A stretch of 64,000 bases of DNA from positions 310,001 through 374,000 of the forward strand of contig NC_134036.1 of the NCBI RefSeq assembly GCF_964204645.1. The letters are read 5' to 3'. Below, in pieces: positions 48,301 through 60,300 of the stretch. The notes under the pieces are model-generated. The model was not told the origin of the DNA and made no database searches. It worked only from the letters and a program-made list of their open reading frames with translations. The stretch's first letter is position 1. Each line of letters starts with the position of its first letter. The position numbers and the translations under genes are program-made. The stretch comes from Tubulanus polymorphus (lineage: Eukaryota > Animalia > Nemertea).

Positions 48301-51300
48301 TTTTAACTCTATTATTTTAAGTATTTTTCTCTAGTATTTTAAGAAGAGTGAAAAGAACAATGTGTCTATGTAATCATCAATATTCCCTAGTATTGTAATG
48401 ACATGTGTTTGATGAATATTTTGATATTGAATTGTAATTCAGGCGATGTTAGAATCACTGGACCCTGAAGAATTGAGCACTCAAACTACAAAATACGGTA
48501 AATCTGTTTATCAACTAGAGAAAGGTTTACCCCCGAACGGAGTTGTGCCTCTGTTAAAAGAGAGAGTCGAAGGAATGAGAGAAAAGGTCAGCTTTAAATC
48601 ATATATAGTTTACAATCAAACTGATCAACAGATTTACTCAAACTGATTGTTTTTTCCAGCTGCCGATATTAACAGATTTACGTAACCCGTCGTTGAAGCC
48701 TCGTCACTGGGAGGTGATCGAATCAACAATCGGATTCAAACCGACCGCTGAGGATCCGTTAACTCTGGGTAAACTGGTCGAGTTGAATGCGTTCGTTCAT
48801 ACTGAAGCGATACAGGAGATCGCTGGACAAGCAAGTTCTGAAGCCAGTCTAGAATCAATACTCAAAAAGGTACGTGTCTGTCACAGGTGGCGGGCGGGCT
48901 TTCAACGCTAGGTCTAAATTAGGAAGCTTCCATAATTATGAATAGAATCTCTACTCACTGGTATCAGCATACAATGATTGCATTACAGACAGGTCTGATC
49001 TGGGCATAGGTATCTCTTGATCTTCACAGTCTTAGTCCTATCAGCAGTGTCTTATTAATCCTTACAACAGCTGGGCATAGCAGTCTCTTGTTAGTCCTTA
49101 CAATAGGGCATAGCAGTCTCTTGTTAGTCCCTATAGCAGGGCCATAGCAGTCATAGCTTATTCCTAACATGTTGGTCAGGTATTTTGATCAAGTTGTCCT
49201 CAGCTGGGTATAGCGTCAGTCACAGTGAAGTCCTCACAGCTGACCTGATGTAAGGCCAGTCCTCATTGGCTATTAACCCTAACCCTAGGTCCTGGCTAGG
49301 ATTGGTCAGCTAGTTGGTGACAGTAGTAGTTGCTGTGATTGGCTAACCCTAACCCTAGTTGGCCAGAGTGGTTTGCTAGGGTTTCTGTGATTGGCTAACC
49401 CTAACCCTAGGTCTCTGGCCCTAGTAGCTGGTCACTGATTGGGCAGTGGAGGTCATATGACCTCAGTGAGTAGTGATCAGATGTCAGCTCATGTAGACCC
49501 AGACACACTGCTATATACTACTATATACAGGGACCCATTCAACGATCAGACAGTTCATATACACAACCTATAGATCTAGACTACAAACAAATAGAATCCA
49601 ATCAAATCTATGAAATAAACACCTGAATTTGTAGAAATTTAAAAAAAATAAAATCAAACTAGGGCTGGAAATGAACCAAATCTTAGATTTTCATGATTCT
49701 ATGTGTAGGAGAACTGTTCTTAGAAAGAGAAATCCCAAGACTTCTCTTATAGAGAAATCCCCAGACTTCTCTTATAGAGAAATCCCCAAACCCCTTTTCC
49801 ATGCCAGAAGTAAAAGCTGATGTACCATTTTCCTGATAGATACCAAATGACGCTCAGGACCGAAGCAGTCTAAGATACCCGCAAGTTTCACTAATTTGAC
49901 CCTAACTCAATTCAATATATCCAGAAATAACAGTCAAATATAATTTATGATGTAAATTGCGATGTAAATTGTGATGTGATTTATGATGTAATTTATGATG
50001 TAATTTGTAGGTTGAAGATTCATGGAAAACGATGGAATTCGTAACAATCGCTCATAAAGATTCCAAAGACGTTTTCATCGTCGGGGGAACGGACGAAATA
50101 CAACAATTACTCGACGATAGCAACATCAACATAGCAACGATCGCTAGTTCACGACACGTCGGTCCGATTAAATCACGAGTCGACGACTGGTTGAAACAAC
50201 TCGACCTGTTCGGAAAAACATTGGTGAGTTTTATAATCCTTGTTTTACTCAAAATATTTTCATGGTTTTACTTAAAGATTTGTTGATTTTAAAGCGCCCA
50301 CTTAGCTGGAAGTCAGGGAAAGCCAGGAAAATGTCTTTTTGAAAAAGTCGGGGAAATTTGTTGAGTTAGAAAGATTGTGTGTTAAATCAAACAGTTTATG
50401 TCTATGTTGTACGTATTTGACTTGTGTTAATTGATTGAATTCTTAGCAGATCAAGTCAGGGGAAACAACTTAACATGTCAGGGAATAGTCGGGGTAAAAA
50501 GCCAAATAAAAATGTTGGCTGCCAAGATTTTCATGGTTTTACTCAATATTTTAAATGTTTCTATTTTGTAATGTAGGATGAATGGTTGACGTGTCAGCGT
50601 AACTGGTTATACCTGGAGAGTATATTCAGCGCTCCCGACATTCAGAGACAGCTCCCAGCCGAGGCTAAAATGTTCATGCAAGTCGACAAATCTTATAAAG
50701 AAATCATGAGAAAAGTGAATAAAGTTCCACTGGCGATACGCGCTGCGACGCAACCCGGTTAGTATTCAATCAGAAACAGACCAGGGACTGCAGTTACTCA
50801 AAACCTAGTTAACTGGTTACAATTCAAATCTAAAAGTCATTATGTATTTATCCACTGGTTAACTGTAACTTCTGAGCAACTGCAGCCTCTGATTGTCAGG
50901 CCCTGGTTGAAATGTGACTCGTAGAGATTTGAAGATAACTAATTTTGAAATCTAGAATCAAACTTAACCTTGTTACTATACAACTGAGTCTCCTGAGATA
51001 TGAAGAATAAGAAAATGAAATCAAAATCGATATTTTTTTTTGCATCAGGATTATTGGAAACTTTCCAGAACAATAACGCTTTGTTGGATCAGATACAGAA
51101 ATGTTTGGAGGCGTATCTGGAATCGAAGAGAGTTGTGTTCCCGAGGTAAGTTACCGCATGGTGCTCTGAGCGCCCTGGGGTCAGTTACTCAAAACTCGAA
51201 CCAACCTTTTGAGTAACTGGGCCCTGTTTCATAAAAAGATGGACTCCTAAATCAGTGTAAGATAAACTAAATTGATAATAGGTTCGTAGAGGAGGCCTGT

Positions 51301-54300
51301 TCACCAGGTGTAGAGAATGAATACAACAAGACTCATGAAGCTACTAAGAAATACTTAAGATATTGTTTTGTGAAGCTGAACTTTGAGGTAGAATGCGGGC
51401 AACCCTCAATCTACGGAATGTATTTAGAATTTTTCTCTGATTTTGTTTCAGATTCTATTTCTTATCGAACGACGAACTATTAGAGATCCTCGCTCAAACG
51501 AGGAACCCACTCGCCGTTCAACCTCATCTGAGGAAATGCTTCGACGCGATCGCCAGTCTGGAGTTCGGTATCCAGGCTCCGACGTCGAGCGAAGGTAAAG
51601 CTACTCCGGATGTCGCAGCTGCTGCTGCTGCTGCTGCTGCTGGAGGAGATGCTACTCCAGAAATACAATACACTAACGATATCCTGGCGATGATCTCTCC
51701 GGAGAAGGAGAAAGTCAGTTTAGGAAAGGTAGGAATCAGTTTGCGTCAGGGACCGACACTATTTTGAATATACAGTAAAAGTCTTTTATAACACCACGGT
51801 CGGGACCATTGGAAAACATGGTTTTACAAAGAATTGTATTTTCATTGAATTTGAGTTAGATTTGGCAAATTTGTTCTCTGGAAAATGTTGTTGTTAAGAG
51901 AGCAGTGGCATTAAACAGAATGTCTGCGTTGTAACGGACTTTTACTAGTATTTGTTATATGCAACGTTTTTCAGATCTGATTTGAAATGTCGTATTTATT
52001 TTGATAGGGTTTGAAATGTCGTATTTATTTTGACAGGGTTTGAAATGTCGTATTTATTTTGACAGGGTTTGAAATGTCGTATTTATTTTGACAGGGTTTG
52101 AAATGTCGTATTTATTTTGACAGGGTTTGAAATGTCGCATTTATTTCGATAGGGTTTGAAATGTCGTATTTATTTCGACAGGGTTTGAGATGTTGTATTT
52201 ATTTCGACAGGGTTTGAGATGTTGTATTTATTTCGACAGGGTTTGAGATGTTGTATTTATTTCGACAGGGTTTGAAATGTTGTATTTATTTCGACAGGGT
52301 TTGAGATGTTGTATTTATTTCGACAGGGTTTGAAATGTTGTATTTATTTCGACAGGGTTTGAGATGTTGTATTTATTTCGACAGGGTTTGAGATGTTGTA
52401 TTTATTTCGACAGGGTTTGAAATGTTGTATTTATTTCGACAGGGTTTGAAAGCTCGCGGTAACGTTGAAGATTGGTTGTGTAAAGTGGAAGACGCGATGT
52501 TTAAGAGTTTACGTAATTTAGTGAAAGAAGCGAAGAAAGATTACGAGAGGCGAGAACGCGAGGATTGGGTCGTTTTACACGCGTCACAGGTTCGTAAATA
52601 CGACACAAGGTGGCGCTACTTACCTCGAAATCGGGGAAAAGTCTGGAAAATTTCTTTTTAGAAACGCCAGGGAATAATCAGGGAATTTTGTAAAACAGCT
52701 AAAAATCAGGGAAATTTGTTTAGACAACTAGACCGCGCGTATATCAAACAGTTTCGTCCATGTCTTGCGTAGTTGACTGAGTTAATTGATCAGATTCATA
52801 GCAGATTAAGTCTTGAGAAAACAATGTGCATGTCAGGGAATAGTCTGGGAAAATTGGCCACACTGTAAGAATTGAATTCTAACAATGATTAATTTCTCAT
52901 TGTTTATTTCTATGTCTATTATAGATTGTATTGACAGTATCACAGATGATGTGGTGTCGCGACGTTACTGAAATTCTAGAAGCTGATTTCAATCGACTCG
53001 AAGGAATGAGAGATTTCGAAACAAAATCCTACTCTGTACGAAACCAAGATAGAAAACTTTCTAATAATGCGTTCTCTGGTTGAATTAGTGATATATTTGT
53101 TGATCGTTTTCGTTGTAGGATTTGAATAAACTGGCCGCCATTGTTAGAGGTGAATTACCTCCGTTAATCAGGAATATACTGTGCGCGCTGATTACACTGG
53201 ATGTACACGCCAGAGATATGATTACTGAGCTCGTTAAACAGGAGGTTAGTAAAAACATACCTCTGAACCCTCTTCAGCCCTTATCCCCACTACAACTACA
53301 CCCTCTAAACTCCTTAATCCTCCCCTTACCCCTCTGGACAACTACACCCTCTAAACCCTTTACCCCGCAACAACTACACCCTCTAAACTCCTTAATCCTC
53401 CCCTTACCCCTCTGGACAACTACACCCTCTAAACCCTTTACCCCGCAACAACTACACCCTCTAAACTCCTTAATCCTCCCCTTACCCCTCTGGACAACTA
53501 CACCCTCTAAACCCTTTACCCCGCAACAACTACACCCTCTAAACTCCTTAATCCTCCCCTTACCCCTCTGGACAACTACACATTTAAACTCCTTAATCCT
53601 CCCCTTACCCCTCTGGACAACTACACATTGCTTAACCCTTATCCCCACTACAACTACACCCTTTAAACTCCTTAATCCTCCCCTTACCCCTCTGGACAAC
53701 TACACATTTAAACTCCTTAATCCTCCCCTTACCCCCTCAACAACTTCACCCTCTGAACTCCTTACTCCTCTACAAAAACATACACTGTTTATTTCAACTA
53801 AGATATTCAAAAGATAATAAAGAAATATTATTATTTAATAAGATATTAAAGATAATCAGAAAATAATCGAAATCTTAAGCAGAAGAAAATATTTGAATGC
53901 AAATTTTAAAGAATCATGAAATATTTAACTAATGAACGTTGAATGAAATGTTTTGTTTATATTTTCTATAGTGCGACACTGTGAATAATTTTGAATGGCA
54001 GAAACAGTTGAGATATTACTGGGATACAGAGTTAGATAACTGTGTAGTGAGAATGTCTAATTCACTGTATATTTACGGTTATGAATATCTGGGCGCTTCG
54101 CCTCGTCTCGTCATCACGCCGCTTACCGTAAGTTCATCAATCTCTCTCAATATCAACCGGGTTCGGTTTACATGAAAAAACTCATATTTCTAATTTACAA
54201 TCAAAGTTTAACGCCATCATTTTTAATGCCACTTTTCGCCAAAATTTTTCAAAGAACTAATTAGCCTGATCTAACGAGAATTAAATGGATATACTATTCT

Positions 54301-57300
54301 TCATAACGCCAAATTCGATATAACGCCATATTTTTCATGGGTGCTAATGGTGACATTATAAAGGTTGCTATTGGTTACGTACTTAATGCTTTCAGTGACG
54401 GCAACAATTAAGTTAACCGTTTTAAAATTCAAGTTTTTCATGAAACCGAAACCTGGGCTTCTGTTTACGTGATTTCAAATTCTAACATCGATTTCTCGAT
54501 TTATCGCGTTTTAGGATCGCTGTTACTTATGTTTGATGGGTGCGTTACAACTCGACCTAGGTGGCGCTCCGGCTGGTCCGGCCGGTACCGGTAAAACAGA
54601 AACGACGAAAGATCTCGCGAAATCGCTGGCGAAACAATGCGTCGTATTCAACTGTTCCGACGGTTTAGATTATAAAATGATGGGCCGATTTTTCTCGGGT
54701 CTCGCTCAGTCGGGCGCGTGGTGCTGTTTCGACGAGTTCAATCGTATCTACATCGAGGTATTGTCGGTCATCGCTCAGCAACTGATCACGATCAGAAACG
54801 CTAAAGCGGCGAAAGTTCAACGATTCATGTTTGAAGGACGCGAGATTAAACTGGTGTCGACGTGCGCCGCGTTTATCACGATGAACCCCGGTTACGCGGG
54901 GCGTACCGAGTTACCGGATAATCTGAAAGCATTGTTCAGACCGATCGCTATGATGGTACCCGATTACAGTAAGTCTCGTCCGACAACTTTTTTACGCTTT
55001 TATAAAAAAATAGACCGTTATTTTGAAGATTTAAAGATTTATCATTGAAAATCAGTTTAAGATTCTATCCATCCTCGGAGACTGATTTGAAAATGAATTT
55101 TGAATAGCCTTCTAAAATGGGTAGAAGAATTCTTACCAAAATGTCAATTTGGTAACAGATTTCTGTTGTTAAATCTTCAATATTGTCAGTCTTTTACGTA
55201 GACTACATTAGACTGTGACAAGTCAGAATTGATTTCGATTCTTTTGCTATTAGAAATGTATGTTAGAATTATGATCGGATTGTAATTTTATTCTCTAGGA
55301 TTGATCGCGGAGGTGATCCTGTATTCGGAAGGGTTTGAATCCTCAAAGACTCTCGCGTTGAAAATGACGCAAATGTACAAACTGTGCAGTGAACAACTTT
55401 CCCAACAGGTTCAAATCTATTTCTCTTCAAATTGATGATAATATCGATAAGTTATAAGTTATTAGTTAGAATCACTTATTACATAAAAAATCTCCTTACT
55501 CTTTACAAATATAGAGTAAGATTTTAAATCTCAAAAGAAAAGATTCAAAAATAGGTTGATTTTAATGAATTGCTTGTTTAAATACTGCGGGAGTCATTGA
55601 GCTCATTTTCTGATTTAAGGATCATTATGATTTCGGTATGCGTGCGGTGAAGTCCGTGTTGGTGATGGCCGGAGCGTTGAAACGTCAGAATCCCGATAAA
55701 AATGAAGACGTAGTTTTGATCCGAGCGTTGAGAGACAGTAATCTGCCAAAATTCTTACAACAAGACGCCGTACTCTTCCAGGTAAACACGCGATTCACAA
55801 CTAATGAGAATAAACCAACAGTTGATGTTTTAACACTTTATTTTCTGACGGTTTCGAAATTTTGACTTAACTTCATCAGAAAAACAAAAAAATAAATGGT
55901 TTTCATTTTTCAGGGGCCGGTTCCATAGACAGGGCTTAGACTTAAGACCAGTCTACGACAAACTTAGTTATATAGCCAATCTAACAACTTAAGACCAGTC
56001 TTAAGGTTTAAGTCCACTTTTGGTCTTAAGTCTTGACTATGGAACCGGCCCCTGATGATGAAAATAAGTCAAAACTGTTGGAATAAATTGTTAAATCTCA
56101 TCAACTGTAGGTTTTACTGATTAACTCTGTTATACTGAGATAAATATCAGTCTCTACCAGTCATGATTCACAGCCCTGAGTGAGAGGAGATTTGAGATAG
56201 AGAATAACTGTTGTATTTCAGGCGATCCTGCAAGATTTATTCCCGGGGGTTGAAATACCCGACCACGACTACGGTAAACTACAATCGGAGATTGAAGCTT
56301 GTATCAGCGGACGCGGACTGCAACTGGTGCCGGCATTGATTAAAAAAATCATACAACTTTACGAAACGTTGGTCGTACGTCACGGTGTGATGTTAGTCGG
56401 ACCGACTGGAGGTGGGAAAACTACTTGTTACGAGGTTCGTAGATTCATTTATACTCACAACTTCACTTATTTGAGGAAAATTTATCATATATTGGTTGAT
56501 AAAAGTATATTTTCAATTTTACTGCGACTTAGATTAATTAGTTACAGATTAAACATTGTTGTTTGACAGTCAATTATCCCTGATTTCTATTGAAATTGTA
56601 ACGATGCAAAGACTAAATTATTGCAAAGACTTAAGTTTGTTACATCATTCTGGAGATCGCCTTCGATAATGGTTCCACCTTTTTCAAGGCACTTTACAAA
56701 TTCGTAATCCTATCCTATCCATAGAGGTAGAATTGGTAAGAGTCAGTATTTAACCAAATACTGTGGACTGTGTCCTAATCATGGCCAAAACATTAATACT
56801 CATAATCATATCCTATGAATTCAAGATATTTAGGCTAAGAATGATATTCCATTTTCAATTTCGCTATAAATGATATGATATAATGTGTTGTTTTAGGTGC
56901 TTGCAGAGGCGTTGACTAAACTCCACGAAGCAGGAGAACCGAACGATTTCTATCAACCCGTTCACACATACGTATTAAACCCTAAATCTATAACTATGGG
57001 TGAATTATACGGAGAAGTAAATAAACTGACGTTAGAATGGCATGATGGATTGATGGCTCTTACTGTCAGAACTTGTGTACAGGTAAACTATATTATCATC
57101 ATAATCATCAATATATCAACTAAATCATCATAATCATCGATATATCAACTAAATCAACATAATCATCAATATATCAACTAAATCATCATAATCATCAATA
57201 TATCAACTATGGAATCTAAAAGGTAAGACGAACTCAGGATGTATTTGAACTTCTTATTAAGGAAGTATTTTAAGAATCGTTATTGTAGGTTTCACTAGCT

Positions 57301-60300
57301 TATGTTCTCTCCTGGTAATATATCTCTGGAATTCATCTTTATTCTGTCTCCTCATTTGATATATTAACTATGGAATCTAGAAGATAAGACAACAGATTAA
57401 CTCAGGATGTATGTGAAGTTTTTACTAAGGAAGTATTTTAAGTAGGTTTCACTAACTTTAATTCTCACCTGGAAATATATCTCTAAATTTCGTCTTTATT
57501 TTGTCTCCTTATAGATATTTGTATATCTAATACTTCAATTGACATTTTTGGTCTAAGTATTTTCTTTGTCACTGGAATGATATCAGGTTTGTGAGACTAT
57601 GTTTTATTTAACAGAATACAACTACCGATCACCAGTGGGTTGTTTGCGACGGACCGGTTGATGCTCTATGGATTGAGAATATGAACACGGTTTTGGACGA
57701 TAATAAAATGTTGTGTTTAGCGAACAGCGAACGTATCAAACTTACTAACTATATGCATATGTTGTTCGAAGTACAAGACTTAGCGGTCGCATCACCTGCC
57801 ACAGTCAGTCGGTAAGTAAATCTTCAAAGAAATTTCAGATATAAGGTATGCAAATGATGCCTTATTTCTCCTAATTGACCGGGGGCCAGTTGCTTACAGG
57901 TTGGTTAAAGATAAATACTATAGTAACAGTGAACTTTTTAACAGTCACTATGTCAACTATCCACTGGTTAAATTTAAAAAACTTTTGAGCAACTGCAGCC
58001 CCAGGTGTCATATCTATAACAAACTTTTGAGCAACTGGCTCCAGACTCTTGCAAATGGTGTTAAAGATAACCGGCAGATAAATACCATAGTAACAATGAA
58101 CTTTTAACTGTCAACTATTCACTGGTTAAATCTTAAAAACGTTTGAGCAACTGGCTCCGAACTTTTGCAAACTGCTATAAAATTTGTAATCAGTTCATTT
58201 CTAAAACTGTAAAATGTTTGTATGTAGTTGTGGTATGGTGTACGTCGATCCGAATGAGTTAAAATGGATGCCGTACGTCCAAACGTGGCTCGCGACGATC
58301 TCATCCAAATTCAAAGAAGAAACCATCGAATACATCATGGAATTATTTCAAAAATACGTCGAGGAAGGTTTGAAATTCGTTCACAAGAAGTGTACGCAAG
58401 CGATGAACCAGGTACGAGAAATATAATCATTATTCATTGAGCTTAAAATTCATGTAAAATAAGATATACTCATGATACAAAGTAACCTTAAACTAGCTTG
58501 ATTAAAAGCTTTGATGAATAAATGGTTTTAAGATTTGATTTTGAAAAAATCCTGGGGCCGGTTTTATTGACCGGTATTACCTTTAACCTAGGGGTTAACT
58601 CGATTGAAAATGAATTGAGTTAGCCCCCAGGTTAAAGGTAATACCAGTCTATAAAACCGGGCCCTGGATCTGGTTCCACAGTTGTGAGTTAAATTTTAAC
58701 CAACAACTATGAAATCGGCACCTGTTTAACTTAGAGAAAACTGGCTACAAAAAAGTGATGTATAAATTTCAGGTTGACATCAGTAAAGTAACGACTTTGT
58801 GTAAACTATTTGAAGTACTACTAACGTACCCTGGTGGACCGAATCTGAACCAGGATCCGTCGAAGTTGAACCCGTTAGTTTGTACGGTGTTTGTATTCTG
58901 TTATCTCTGGTCGATCGGAGGTAATATCACCGATAATTGTTGGGATACGTTTGATACATTCGTCAGAAACCAGTTCGATGATAACGGAGACGCGAAGGTA
59001 AGATGAATTTAACGCTGGACGCAGTTTTACAAACGTGATTCACTCTTTAAAATCTCCTTAATCGATTTGAAATAACCTGAATTAAACATGATAAACTTCT
59101 AGGTCAATTTATGATAAATAGAATTAACAAAGAAATGAGATCGATTTGAAAGAGTTTTAAACTGGGGCCAGTTGCTCAAAAGTTGGTTAGAGTTTTAACC
59201 AGTGGATAGTTGACATAGTTACGATTAAAACTGCATTGTTTCTATGGTATTTATCCGCCGGTTATCTTTAACCAACTTTTGAGCAACTGCAGCCCCTGAT
59301 TTGTAAAACTAAATCCGAACTTTTGAATTGTAATAAAATCAACAATTTAAATTTTTACCTAGATTCTTGCAAATCATTGACTTTGACTCGAAAATTGAAG
59401 CTTAATTGCGTTACCTATATTCAAGTGGGTGTTTACCCACTGAACTGATAAACTTACAAACTGAAAGAGTGTTTGAATATTGAATTGTAACTGACAGTAT
59501 TGTTGTATGTGTATATAGTTACCGCAGAGCGGAGACGTGTGGAGTTGTTACGTGGATGTGGAAACACGTCGTATGGAACCGTGGGAGAAGATCATTCCGA
59601 TGTTCCGTTATAATAAAGAATTACCGTTCTTCGAGACGTTAGTCCCGACCACGGATACCGTCCGGTTCGGGTATCTACTCGAGAAAATGTTGATAGCAAA
59701 ACGATCAGTGCTTTATACCGGTAACACAGGAGTGGGCAAGGTAAGAGCAGAGAGAGAGGGGAGGGGGAGGGAAGGGAGAGAGGGGAGAGATGGTAAGAGC
59801 AGAGAGAATGGGACGCAGCTTACTGAATACTGTATGCAATTATATTCAAACTACCTAAAAATTCATCAAACCCAGTATTTGAAACTAAGAGAAGAGAGAG
59901 AGGGAGAGATGAGAAGGGAGGGAGGGAGATGAGAGGAAAGAGAGAGATGAAAGGAGAGAGTTGAGGAAGATCTCCAGGATAATGTCTTCTTCTATATATA
60001 GCTTTCTACAAGCCGGTATATTTTAACTATGTTCAAGATATTTATTCAGAAGTTAATATTTGTAGCTGCTGCAAGTTAAATACGTTGATGTTTAGTATAA
60101 TTCCCACTTGAGTCTGTAACGTTTGTTGATCTAATTTCAGTCTGTAATCGCTCGCGGATTATTAAACTCGATATCGGAACGCGCCAACTACTGCCCGGTG
60201 TTTATAAACTTCTCAGCTCAAACGAGCAGCCAACGAACGCAAGAGATGATCGAATCTAAATTAGAAAAACGCAGAAAAACTGTCCTAGGTAAGAATCCTC

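Noticed and set aside
52006-52442. Recursive splicing through the acceptor array
   Set aside because: Units read AG-G-GT rather than AG-GT, so zero-length ratchet points are not formed.
53245-53817. 231-aa and 141-aa repetitive ORFs
   Set aside because: Read-through into a 78-bp intronic minisatellite; the exon ends at a GT donor near 53244.
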